Shown here: piece after piece, positions 8,615 through 17,647 of the stretch
Layout: the number at the start of each line of letters is the position of its first letter
Numbering within the stretch: the stretch's first letter is position 1
DNA from: Candidatus Firestoneibacteriota bacterium
Lineage (GTDB): Bacteria > Oederibacteriota > D2-FULL-39-29 > JBBTED01
Length of the DNA stretch: 45,313 nt
Direction of reading: 5' to 3'
NCBI GenBank assembly: GCA_038042445.1
Contig: JBBTED010000150.1
Coordinates: forward strand, 1-45,313
Notes under the pieces: model-generated
What the model was told of the DNA's origin: nothing
The model's database searches: none
Seen by the model: only the letters and a program-made list of their open reading frames with translations
Position numbers and translations under genes: made by a program

Positions 8615-11269
8615 TTAAAGTTTTGACTTTAATTCGTTGAGTTTATTTATTGCATCTATCGGAGTTAATTTTTCTACATCAAGTTTTTGCAATTCTTCAA
8701 TCACAAGATATTGTTGATTTTCAAATAAAGATATTTGCTTGTCTTCTTTTATATTTCCAATTCTTGGTTTTCCATTATCTGTATAATTTGCATCCTCAAG
8801 ACTTTTAAGTATTTCTTTTGCACGGTGTAAAACTTCTTTAGGTAGTCCAGCTAATCTTGCCACCTGTATTCCATAACTTCTATCTGCACTTCCTTCGATT
8901 ATTTTTCTTAAAAAAATTATTTCTTCATTCCATTCTTTTACTACAATATTATAATTTTTTACTCTGGGCAATAACATTTCCAATTCTGTAAGCTCATAAA
9001 AATGTGTAGCAAAAAGTGTCTTGGCTCCCTGTTTATTATTATGCAAATATTCTACTACTGACCATGCAATACTTATTCCATCAAATGTACTGGTACCTCT
9101 CCCAACTTCATCTAATATTATAAGACTTTTAGAAGTAGCATTATTCAGCATATTCGCAGTTTCACTCATTTCCACCATAAAGGTACTTTGACCAGCTATA
9201 AGATTATCTGCTGCTCCAACACGTGTAAAAATTCTGTCAACAATTCCAATTTCAGCAGAATCTGCTGGTATAAATGAACCCATTTGTGCCATAAGCACTA
9301 TTAATGCAACCTGACGCAAATATGTGGATTTGCCTGCCATATTCGGACCAGTTATTATTAAAATCTGATTTGTATCACTATCTAAATAAACATCATTAGG
9401 GACAAAAGATTCACTACTTAAACGTTCTATTACTGGATGCCTGCCGTTTTTTACAACAATAGTATCGCTTTCATTTACTTTGGGTTTTATATAATTGTAT
9501 TTTAATGCTACTTCTGCCAAAGAACTACAAGCATCCAAAATAGCAACTAATTTTGCATTGTCCTGAATTCTATTTGCAAAACCTGCCACTTTATCTCTGA
9601 TTTCACAAAAAATCTCGTATTCCATATTATTTATTTTTTCATCTGCACCCAAAATTACTGACTCATATTCTTTCAATTCAGGAGTAATAAATCTCTCTGC
9701 ATTTACTACTGTCTGCTTCCTTATATAGTCTGCTGGAACTAAAGACAAATTAGATTTAGTTATTTCTATATAGTAGCCAAATACTGAATTAAAACGCACT
9801 TTTAAACTCCCTATACCAGTTCGTTTTTTTTCTTTATCTTCCAAAGCTGTTATCCAGTCTTTTCCACCTTTGCTTATTTGTCTTAATTTATCTAATTCCT
9901 CTGAGTATCCATTTTTTATTACTCCGCCTTCCTTTATAGTAAAAGGTGGTTCTTCTGTTATTCCTTTATCTACAAGCTCAACAATTTCAGTAACTGGGTC
10001 AAGATTAACAGATATTTCTTTTAAAACCCAGGATTGCACATCTTTTAGTTTTTCTTTTATAACTGGAATTATTTTTAAAGAAGAACTCAAAGCAATTAAA
10101 TCTTTAGCATTAGCAGATTTGCAACCTATTTTTCCAGCAAGACGCTCTATATCATAAATTTTTGAAAGCAAATCACGAATGCCCATCCTTAAAGCAAATT
10201 CATTATAAAGTTCTTCAACAGCATCCTGCCTTTTTTTAATTTCATTAACATTAAGAAGAGGCTGCAACATCCAAGACCGTAACATTCTGGCACCCATCGG
10301 TGTCAAAGTTAAATCAAGTATATCAAACAAAGTTCCGCGGCTTTGGCCATCTGTTCTCTGGATTAACTCAAGATTCTTTTGTGTAGAAAAATCAAGGGAC
10401 ATAAATTCTAAAGTAGTATAAGTAACAATCTTAGTTATATGAGATAAATCAGTTTTCTGTGTTTCTTTTAAATAATTAAGAGCAACTCCTGCAGCACCTA
10501 CAGCTAAATGTAAATTTTCACATCCAAATCCAACAAGACTTTTTATTTTAAACTGTTCAAGCAAAATTTCTCTGCCTGTATCTTCAGCGAAACACCAATC
10601 TTCACGTGAAACTATTGACACATTAGGAAGCCATTTCAAAATTTGTTCTTTATTAATTGAAGCAGGTACTATACATTCTGCAGGTTTAAATCGCACAAGT
10701 TCATCAGCCAACTTATTAGTTAATACAACCCGCTCATGGTGTCCAGATGTTGGAAAAGACTGCGTATGCTTATCTTTTATGATATTTCCATAATCACCGG
10801 GAATCTCTGTAACCTGAAATTCTCCAGTTGACAAATCAACTGCTGCAACACCTACGATATTTTTTAAAAAATTCAATACTACAAGATAGTTATTGGTTTT
10901 ACCGTCAAGCAAATTACTTTCTAAAACTGTTCCTGGTGTTACAATTTTTACAATTTCTCTTTTTACAATTCCTTTTGCAAATTTTGGATCTTCCATTTGA
11001 TCACATATTGCAACCTTATACCCATATTTTATTAATTTACCGATATATGTATTAACAGTGTAGTGAGGCACACCTGCCATAGGTGCACGTTTGCCTTTTC
11101 CTGCCTCACGAGATGTAAGAGTAATTTCTAAAAGTTTCGATACAGTTTTTGCATCATCAAAAAATACTTCGTAAAAATCACCAAGCCTGAAAAATAGAAT
11201 TGCCTCAGGATACTGTTTCTTTAGTTCCTGATACTGCCTCATCATTGGAGTAAAATCAGACATACACAA
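8615..11269 (-). CDS. mutS: DNA mismatch repair protein MutS (MutS1)
   Basis: FFRLGDFYE, ITGPNMAGKSTY, DEVGRGTST, SYGIQVA; clamp motif QISLF. Confidence 0.97.
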   Translation of the reverse strand: MCMSDFTPMMRQYQELKKQYPEAILFFRLGDFYEVFFDDAKTVSKLLEITLTSREAGKGKRAPMAGVPHYTVNTYIGKLIKYGYKVAICDQMEDPKFAKGIVKREIVKIVTPGTVLESNLLDGKTNNYLVVLNFLKNIVGVAAVDLSTGEFQVTEIPGDYGNIIKDKHTQSFPTSGHHERVVLTNKLADELVRFKPAECIVPASINKEQILKWLPNVSIVSREDWCFAEDTGREILLEQFKIKSLVGFGCENLHLAVGAAGVALNYLKETQKTDLSHITKIVTYTTLEFMSLDFSTQKNLELIQRTDGQSRGTLFDILDLTLTPMGARMLRSWMLQPLLNVNEIKKRQDAVEELYNEFALRMGIRDLLSKIYDIERLAGKIGCKSANAKDLIALSSSLKIIPVIKEKLKDVQSWVLKEISVNLDPVTEIVELVDKGITEEPPFTIKEGGVIKNGYSEELDKLRQISKGGKDWITALEDKEKKRTGIGSLKVRFNSVFGYYIEITKSNLSLVPADYIRKQTVVNAERFITPELKEYESVILGADEKINNMEYEIFCEIRDKVAGFANRIQDNAKLVAILDACSSLAEVALKYNYIKPKVNESDTIVVKNGRHPVIERLSSESFVPNDVYLDSDTNQILIITGPNMAGKSTYLRQVALIVLMAQMGSFIPADSAEIGIVDRIFTRVGAADNLIAGQSTFMVEMSETANMLNNATSKSLIILDEVGRGTSTFDGISIAWSVVEYLHNNKQGAKTLFATHFYELTELEMLLPRVKNYNIVVKEWNEEIIFLRKIIEGSADRSYGIQVARLAGLPKEVLHRAKEILKSLEDANYTDNGKPRIGNIKEDKQISLFENQQYLVIEELQKLDVEKLTPIDAINKLNELKSKL

Positions 11270-11287
11270 TCCTCATTTCATTCGGAT

Positions 11288-11328
11288 AAATTCTAAATCC
11301 TAAATTTCAAATACTAAACAATTTCTAA
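11288..11328. repeat. Degenerate 7-mer tandem repeat
   Basis: AAATTCT AAATCCT AAATTTC AAATACT followed by decayed units. Confidence 0.6.
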
Positions 11329-11912
11329 TTTAACAGTAATTTTATTCGTCTTATAAAACGAAAATTTCTATAAGTTTTAAGTACCTTTTTAACAAATTCT
11401 TTTGTCTCAGGAAAAGCTATATTATTTATATTTTCAACTTCATCTTCACCTTTGTAGCTTTTCGCCCATTTTCTTGCATTTTTTATTCCAGCATTATATG
11501 CTGCTAATGCAAAAATAGTATTGCCATTAAATTCTCTATGCAACTTAGCTATATAAGCAAATCCTATTCTTATATTTAATTCAGGTTTATATAATTCTTC
11601 TACATTCAAATAATCTATTTTAAGTTCTTTTGCCAATTCACTTGCGGTTTCAGGCATTATCTGCATCAAACCAACAGCTCCAACTTTTGAAGTAGCAATC
11701 GGATTAAATTTGCTTTCAGCCTTTATTATTGAAGCAATAAGCAAAGGATCTATTTTATATTCACCCGCATATTTATACAATAAATCTTTATGAAATATTG
11801 GACTCAAAGAATTCCAAAACGATGGCGTTCTAATTAAATAAACACTAACACCCACAATTACAGCCAAAAAAAATAGTTTTTTAATCATAAAAAATCCGTT
11901 GGAATTATTCAT
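11325..11912 (-). CDS. Lytic transglycosylase (SLT domain) with N-terminal membrane anchor
   Basis: IKAESKF, GAVGLMQIMP, AAYNAG and FPETKEFV motifs. Confidence 0.92.
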   Translation of the reverse strand: MNNSNGFFMIKKLFFLAVIVGVSVYLIRTPSFWNSLSPIFHKDLLYKYAGEYKIDPLLIASIIKAESKFNPIATSKVGAVGLMQIMPETASELAKELKIDYLNVEELYKPELNIRIGFAYIAKLHREFNGNTIFALAAYNAGIKNARKWAKSYKGEDEVENINNIAFPETKEFVKKVLKTYRNFRFIRRIKLLLN

Positions 11913-12181
11913 TAATAAACTTCGTCATGTGAACCAATATTAGTCAGATAAATATTATTATTTTCAATTACAAAAGTTATACGATATTCATACGACAGCC
12001 AAATTGACCATTCATTTTTTAGAACTCCTGATAATTTATGGATTTTTAACTGCTCATTAAAAGGATTATTACTTAGCAAGTCAAATTCTTCTTGTATTTT
12101 ATTTTCAAGTTCAGGATGTTTTCTAACAAAAACTTTCATTCTCCTTTCAAAAGTTTTTGTTATATATAAGTCATACATCAA
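11912..12181 (-). CDS. RelE/YafQ-superfamily toxin (mRNA interferase)
   Basis: 89 aa; TKTFERR, HKLSG, YRITF and C-terminal IGSHDEVY. Confidence 0.85.
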   Translation of the reverse strand: MMYDLYITKTFERRMKVFVRKHPELENKIQEEFDLLSNNPFNEQLKIHKLSGVLKNEWSIWLSYEYRITFVIENNNIYLTNIGSHDEVY

Positions 12182-12363
12182 TCTTTAGTCTTTATATATT
12201 TCATTAATTCCCGACCATTTTTGAAAGGGCCTTTGATTTGATTCTTTATTATTTCTTTTTCAGAATTCAATGTCTCATAAATAAACATTTTCTTTTGTAA
12301 AACTTTCAATTCTCTTCCTAATTCTGATAATGTTATTGTTTTTTTCTGAATTGTATTAATCAT
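12178..12363 (-). CDS. Putative antitoxin
   Basis: Small gene overlapping the toxin start (ATGA); C-terminal GPFKNGRELMKYI; the ORF-track ATG at 12387 sits in the -10 box, so 12363 is preferred. Confidence 0.65.
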   Translation of the reverse strand: MINTIQKKTITLSELGRELKVLQKKMFIYETLNSEKEIIKNQIKGPFKNGRELMKYIKTKD

Positions 12364-12385
12364 ACTTTCACCATCCCTATACTTC

Positions 12386-12413
12386 ATTATAACAAATTAC
12401 ACTTATATTTCAA
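12386..12413 (-). promoter_or_regulatory. Sigma70-type promoter of the toxin-antitoxin operon
   Basis: TTGAAA-16 nt-TATAAT with TGn extension. Confidence 0.6.
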
Positions 12414-12438
12414 TTTAAAAATGCTATTTCAAATATTG

Positions 12439-13962
12439 CTACAATTGCCTATCAAGAGAACGGTATTGGATTGCTTCGGATATATGTGTGGTTTCAATAT
12501 TTTCTTGATTTTCTAAATCTGCTATGGTACGCGCAACTTTTAGAATTCGTGTATATGCTCTGGCTGAAAGGCCTAATTGTTCAATTGCTATTCTTAAAAG
12601 ATTGTTTGATTCATCATTTATTTTACAGTGTTTCTTTATATCTTTATTTTGCATTCTTGCATTACAATGAATTTTTTTATTTGCAAAACGGGCTTTCTGA
12701 ATTTTTCGCGCTTTATTAACTCTACCCCTTATGACTTCTGAATTTTCAGCAGGTGTCTCATCTGCAAGCTGCCCATATTTAACAGCAGGAACTTCTATAT
12801 GTATGTCTATTCTATCTAATAGTGGTCCGGAAAGTTTTCCCATATATTTCTGAATTTGAGTAGTGGTACAAATACAGTTTTTATTTTGATCGCCAAAATA
12901 TCCGCAAGGACAAGGATTAAGAGCAGCCACAAACATAAACTGAGATGGAAAAGCTACTGATTTTATTGCTCTTGAAATAACAACCATCCCATCTTCCAAA
13001 GGTTGTCTTAACACTTCAAGCACATTTTTATTAAACTCCGGTAATTCATCTAAAAATAAAACACCATTATGTGCCAAACTAACTTCACCAGGTTTCGGTA
13101 CAGAACCACCTCCAACTAAAGCAACATCACTTATCGTATGATGAGGAGAACGAAAAGGACGTATTCCAATTAACCCTTTTTTAGATGGAATTAAACCTGC
13201 AATACTATGGATACGACTAATTTCTATTGCTTCTTCTACAGAAAGTTCGGGTAAAATTGAAGGCAATCTTTTTGCCAACATAGATTTGCCAGACCCAGGA
13301 GTTCCAATCATAACTATATTATGACCTCCTGCTGCTGCGATTTCCAAAGCGCGTTTTACATTTTCCTGTCCTTTAACCTCTGAAAAATCAGTATCATATT
13401 TTGAATCTTCAACAAAAACATCTTTCACATTATGTACATAAGGTTCTATTTTAATTTCATTGTTAATAAATTTAACAGCTTGGGAAAGTGTGCGCACAGG
13501 ATATACATTTATTCCTTCAACTACACCTGCTTCTTTACAATTATCATAAGGAAGTATTATACCTTCTTTACCATTAGCTCGTGCAGACATAGCCATTGAA
13601 AGCACTCCCCTAACAGGTCTTAAACTTCCGTCTAATGATAATTCCCCTACAATAATATATTTTTCAAGATTATTAGTAATTTGCCCTGTGGCAAAAAGAA
13701 TTCCTATTGCTATTGGCAAATCAAATGCCACACCTTCTTTTTTAATATCTGCAGGTGCTAAATTTACTGTTATTTTTTTTATTGGAAATTCAAACTCGGA
13801 ATTTTTAATTGCAGATTTAACTCTATCTCTGCTTTCTTTAACTGCTGTATCAGGCAAACCAACTATAAAAAAATATGGCATCCCATTTGCAAGGTCAACC
13901 TCAACTTCCACAGTATATGCATCTATTCCAATAACCGCACTACTATAAACCTTAGCCAACAC
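12439..13962 (-). CDS. comM: ComM/YifB Mg-chelatase-like AAA+ ATPase
   Basis: [43 protein letters not shown]. Confidence 0.93.
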   Translation of the reverse strand: MLAKVYSSAVIGIDAYTVEVEVDLANGMPYFFIVGLPDTAVKESRDRVKSAIKNSEFEFPIKKITVNLAPADIKKEGVAFDLPIAIGILFATGQITNNLEKYIIVGELSLDGSLRPVRGVLSMAMSARANGKEGIILPYDNCKEAGVVEGINVYPVRTLSQAVKFINNEIKIEPYVHNVKDVFVEDSKYDTDFSEVKGQENVKRALEIAAAGGHNIVMIGTPGSGKSMLAKRLPSILPELSVEEAIEISRIHSIAGLIPSKKGLIGIRPFRSPHHTISDVALVGGGSVPKPGEVSLAHNGVLFLDELPEFNKNVLEVLRQPLEDGMVVISRAIKSVAFPSQFMFVAALNPCPCGYFGDQNKNCICTTTQIQKYMGKLSGPLLDRIDIHIEVPAVKYGQLADETPAENSEVIRGRVNKARKIQKARFANKKIHCNARMQNKDIKKHCKINDESNNLLRIAIEQLGLSARAYTRILKVARTIADLENQENIETTHISEAIQYRSLDRQL

Positions 13963-13999
13963 AAAAACTCCCCTTTCGTTTCACAAATCGTATTATATA

Positions 14000-14569
14000 C
14001 TATTTTGTTGGTTTGGTTGTTTTTAAATATGCTTTTATGATTTTTTGATCTTTAAGTGGTTTAGCAGATTGGTCTACAGGAGTGTTTTCTATTTTTTGGA
14101 CTATTTCATAGCCGGATATGACTTTTCCAAAAATTGTATGTTTCATATTAAGCCAAGGTGTTTGAGCTACTGTAATAAAAAATTGGCTGCCATTTGTATT
14201 AGGGCCTGCATTTGCCATAGCAAGCAAACCAAGAGCATCAAATTTAACATCGGATTTTACTTCATCTTCAAAAGGTTTTCCCCATATTGATTGCCCGCCT
14301 CTGCCTGTGCCTGTTGGGTCTCCGCCTTGAATCATAAAACCTTTTATTACTCTGTGCAAGATTATTCCATTATAATAACCTTTTTCAATTAACTTTTCGA
14401 AGTTCTCACAAGTTTTAGGCGTTATTTTCGGCATAAGCTTTATTTCTATTACACCCTGGGTTGTTTCTAAAACTACAATCTTATCCTCTACAGTTACAGC
14501 AGATACTTTATTACTAACAATAAAAGCACCAATAATCAATGATACCACTGAAAATATTTGACTTTTCAT
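14000..14569 (-). CDS. Cyclophilin-type peptidyl-prolyl isomerase with signal peptide
   Basis: HRVIKGFMIQGGDPTGTG and AMANAGPNTNGSQFFIT. Confidence 0.93.
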   Translation of the reverse strand: MKSQIFSVVSLIIGAFIVSNKVSAVTVEDKIVVLETTQGVIEIKLMPKITPKTCENFEKLIEKGYYNGIILHRVIKGFMIQGGDPTGTGRGGQSIWGKPFEDEVKSDVKFDALGLLAMANAGPNTNGSQFFITVAQTPWLNMKHTIFGKVISGYEIVQKIENTPVDQSAKPLKDQKIIKAYLKTTKPTK

Positions 14570-14586
14570 TTTACCCTCCATTTTTC

Positions 14587-14641
14587 CGCAGGCTAAAGCC
14601 TGCGTCTACATTTAAGATTCTTCGCTTTGCTCAGAATGACA
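14587..14641. repeat. GTAG-type REP hairpin plus the right arm of a TGACA element
   Basis: CGCAGGCTAAAGCCTGCG-TCTACA (matches 38627-38705), then AGATTCTTCGCTTTGCTCAGAATGACA. Confidence 0.8.
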
Positions 14642-14661
14642 TATAATTACTAAGCGGTTAC

Positions 14662-14691
14662 ATTATAATTTATGCATATAACCTATTGCAA
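14662..14691 (-). promoter_or_regulatory. Candidate sigma70 promoter for the cyclophilin
   Basis: TTGCAA-18 nt-TATAAT. Confidence 0.45.
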
Positions 14692-14739
14692 GGTTTTTTT
14701 CAGTGCTAAACGGACAAATACTTTAGTCTACATATAGAT

Positions 14740-14769
14740 TCCCCCTTAATCCCCCTTTAATAAAGGGGG
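14740..14769. repeat. CCCCC family element overlapping the folC 3' end
   Basis: TCCCCCTTAATCCCCCTTTAATAAAGGGGG encodes PPLLKGD-stop of folC. Confidence 0.85.
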
Positions 14770-16170
14770 CAAAAACTTCAGTGTTTTCTTTGCTTCTCCG
14801 ATTATATAAAAAGAACCTGTTACGCATAGCAAATCATTGCAAGATAACATATTGTAAGCTTTTTCTATCGCAGATTTTAAATCGGATGCTACTACAATTT
14901 TTCTGGTAAATTTTTTTAATATTTCTTTTATTTTATTGGGATTTGCTGAACGTTGAGCATTAAATCTGGTTAAAATTATTTTGCTTGCCACTGGGCAAAG
15001 AATGTTTCCAAATCCTTTTATATCTTTATTAGACGACATCGCGATTATTAGGAAAATTTTATTAGTTTTAAATGTTTTTTTAATACATTCTTTTAAAACT
15101 CGTGCTGATTCAACATTATGCGCACCATCTAAAATAATAAGTGGTTTTTTAGATACGATTTCAAGACGACCTGACAATTCAATGTTTTTTAGACCCTGAC
15201 GTATAGCATTCTCAGGAATTTGTAATGGTAAACTTTTAATTGCTGCAATAGCAAGAGATGTATTTATAATTTGATGTTCACCCAATAAAGGCAAATAATA
15301 TTTTTCTACTACGAAATTACTTAGTTGTCGGGCGACTAAAGTCGCCCCTACGCACCCTCGCAATGACGTGCTCGTATAAAAATTAAATGTATTGCCGTTA
15401 ATGTCTGAAATGAGTTTCTTAAAGTAAAATGTATTACGGCAAAGCTTCGCTTTGCCGCTACAAGATGCAAGCACAAAATATTTTGCATTTTTTATTTTGC
15501 ATTGCTTTTGTATTACTCTATCCACGGAAGAATATTGCGAAGCTGATATCACAATAGAATTTTCTTTAATTATTCCTGCTTTCTCCTGCGCAATAGATGT
15601 TAAAGAATTGCCTAGTTCTTTTGTGTGGTCATAACCTATTGTAGTAATTATTGAAACAACAGGATTTATAACATTTGTGGCATCAAGTCTTCCACCCATT
15701 CCTACTTCTATTACTCCTATATCAATTTTTTTTCTGGCAAAATACAAAAATGCAATTGCAGTGTAAATTTCAAAAAAAGTAGGTATGCCGTATTTTGTTT
15801 TTTTTGTTAAATCAGTTACTACAGGTGCAATAATTGATACCAATTCAGCAATTTCCTGATATGTGATTTTTTCGCCATTAATCTGTATTCTTTCTGTTTC
15901 AGAAACAATATGAGGTGAAGTGTAAAGCCCAACTTGGAATTTAGCTTCTTTTAATATTGAAGCAAGAATATATGCAGTTGACCCCTTACCTTTGGTACCA
16001 GCTATATGTATGGATTTAAATTTATCCTGAGGTTGTCCAAGTTTTTTAAGAATCCATTTAATCCTGTTTAAATTAAAATAGTCAGCTGTATAGGAATAAG
16101 AAGTTGTCTTCTCGTAATCAGTAAAACTATTAAGCCATTTTTTGGCTCTATTAACTGAATAGACCTTCAC
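14746..16170 (-). CDS. folC: Bifunctional folylpolyglutamate/dihydrofolate synthase with repeat-derived insertions
   Basis: HIAGTKGKGST, YTSPH, EVGMGGRLDATN, EKAGI, LDGAHN, TGSFY. Confidence 0.95.
   Translation of the reverse strand: MKVYSVNRAKKWLNSFTDYEKTTSYSYTADYFNLNRIKWILKKLGQPQDKFKSIHIAGTKGKGSTAYILASILKEAKFQVGLYTSPHIVSETERIQINGEKITYQEIAELVSIIAPVVTDLTKKTKYGIPTFFEIYTAIAFLYFARKKIDIGVIEVGMGGRLDATNVINPVVSIITTIGYDHTKELGNSLTSIAQEKAGIIKENSIVISASQYSSVDRVIQKQCKIKNAKYFVLASCSGKAKLCRNTFYFKKLISDINGNTFNFYTSTSLRGCVGATLVARQLSNFVVEKYYLPLLGEHQIINTSLAIAAIKSLPLQIPENAIRQGLKNIELSGRLEIVSKKPLIILDGAHNVESARVLKECIKKTFKTNKIFLIIAMSSNKDIKGFGNILCPVASKIILTRFNAQRSANPNKIKEILKKFTRKIVVASDLKSAIEKAYNMLSCNDLLCVTGSFYIIGEAKKTLKFLPPLLKGD
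15330..15367 (-). repeat. GTAG-type REP hairpin and a GTCATTGCGAGG end inside folC
   Basis: GGGCGACT-AA-AGTCGCCC-CTAC followed by CCTCGCAATGAC. Confidence 0.85.
15437..15461 (-). repeat. Second GTAG-type REP hairpin inside folC
   Basis: CGGCAAAGC-TTC-GCTTTGCCG-CTAC (9-bp stem). Confidence 0.8.
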
Positions 16171-16948
16171 GGGATGCAGTTATATATTCTAAACAATATT
16201 CATCTTTATCCAACAAAGCATTTGCAGCTCTTAATGCAGTCATCATTTTCTTTTCTGTAGGATCAATTATTGCAGCATCTAATCCTGCTGAAAGCAAAAG
16301 AATTAAAAATGCAGAATTCACTATTACTCTTGCAGGCAAACCATAAGAAACATTACTTAAGCCAACAACTGATTTAACTTCAGGAAACATCTGTTTTACA
16401 CCTCTTATTGTATCCATTGATACAATTGCCTGCTTTGAATCTGTGCTTACAGGAAATATACAGGGATCAACATATACATTACTAAGTGGAATACCAAAAT
16501 CTTTCACCTTTGTTAGCATACTTTTTGCAATCTCAATTCGCCTTTGAGCAGTTGTTGGAATTCCGCCTGCTTCTATTGTTAGAGCTACAACATCACTATT
16601 GTATTTTTTCACTAATGGCAATATTTTATTTAATCTCTCTTCTTCATTTGTTATAGAATTTATCATTGGCTTAGCTTTTCCTTGTAGACTTAAGCCTAAT
16701 TCTATAGCAGAGGGATTAGCACTATCTATACACAATGGAACATCTGTAACTTCTCTAACTGTTTTAACAAGCCATTCCATATCTGAAATTTCTCTGTCCG
16801 GTTTTCCGCCTGCATTTATATCAATCAAATTTGCTCCGGATTTTATTTGATTCATAGCCTCATCCTGAATAAATTTTGTATCGCGTTTTTCTATAGCTGC
16901 AAAAATATGTTTTCGTGTTGCATTTATTCTTTCTCCTATAACTATCAT
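16151..16948 (-). CDS. acsE: Methyltetrahydrofolate:corrinoid methyltransferase (AcsE-like pterin-binding barrel)
   Basis: IGERIN, IDINAG, LCIDS, MINSI, GLSNVSYGLP, LDAAIIDP. Confidence 0.8.
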   Translation of the reverse strand: MIVIGERINATRKHIFAAIEKRDTKFIQDEAMNQIKSGANLIDINAGGKPDREISDMEWLVKTVREVTDVPLCIDSANPSAIELGLSLQGKAKPMINSITNEEERLNKILPLVKKYNSDVVALTIEAGGIPTTAQRRIEIAKSMLTKVKDFGIPLSNVYVDPCIFPVSTDSKQAIVSMDTIRGVKQMFPEVKSVVGLSNVSYGLPARVIVNSAFLILLLSAGLDAAIIDPTEKKMMTALRAANALLDKDEYCLEYITASREGLFS

Positions 16949-16968
16949 TTTATTCTCCCTTTCATTTT

Positions 16969-17147
16969 TGTCATCCTGAACTTGTTTCAGGATCTCAAAA
17001 ACCTTTATTTTATGAGATGCTGAAATAAATTCAGCATGACAGAATTCATGATTGCTAATTTACTAAGAATGCTGATAAATCAGCAACTACAAATCCCCCT
17101 CGACCCATCTTTCAGATGGGTGCCCCGCCCTTTATCAAGGGGGATTT
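16969..17147. repeat. Cluster of three repeat families
   Basis: TGTCA..TGACA element 16969-17041; GCTGATAAATCAGCAACTACA 17071-17091; AAATCCCCCT..AGGGGGATTT 17091-17147 with a nested CCCATCT-TTC-AGATGGG hairpin. Confidence 0.85.
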
Positions 17148-17156
17148 AGAAGCGTT

Positions 17157-17630
17157 TTATTTTAATCTTTTTATTAATGAGGCAACTCTTTTGCCTAAAC
17201 GTCCACATTCTTTTTGGGAACGTTCATCAGGCGAACCAATTGCCACAGGCCCGTAATGGTCACCATTTGGGTCTCCCTGAATTATCATCCCGTGAATCAA
17301 AAATGCGTTTAATATATCTAATATCGTTGTTTCGTTTCCACCAGCAATATTTCCAGAAGAAGAAAATGCAGCTCCTACTTTTCCATCAAGCCGTCTATGA
17401 AGTTTAACACTTTCATCAAATAATTTTTTGATTTCAGCAGACATTGTCCCATAGTAAGTAGGCGAACCAATAATTATTCCATCAGCATTTTGCAAATCTT
17501 CCAATACAACATCTTTCACTTTTTTTGTCTGAGCATCCAAGCCTTCAGATTTAACCCCTTCTGCAATAAAATTAGCCATCTTTTCCGTATTCCCTGTTCT
17601 ACTATAATATATTATTAAAACTTTTGACAT
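17157..17630 (-). CDS. Flavodoxin/WrbA-like FMN protein
   Basis: YYSRTGNTEKMA, IIGSPTYYG, GKVGAAFSS, GGNETT. Confidence 0.88.
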   Translation of the reverse strand: MSKVLIIYYSRTGNTEKMANFIAEGVKSEGLDAQTKKVKDVVLEDLQNADGIIIGSPTYYGTMSAEIKKLFDESVKLHRRLDGKVGAAFSSSGNIAGGNETTILDILNAFLIHGMIIQGDPNGDHYGPVAIGSPDERSQKECGRLGKRVASLIKRLK

Positions 17631-17647
17631 AAAATGGCAACTCCTTT

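Noticed and set aside
16151..16948. folP (dihydropteroate synthase) call
   Set aside because: Lacks the FolP motifs NxTPDSFSDGG and SRK; has AcsE-type IGERIN and GLSN
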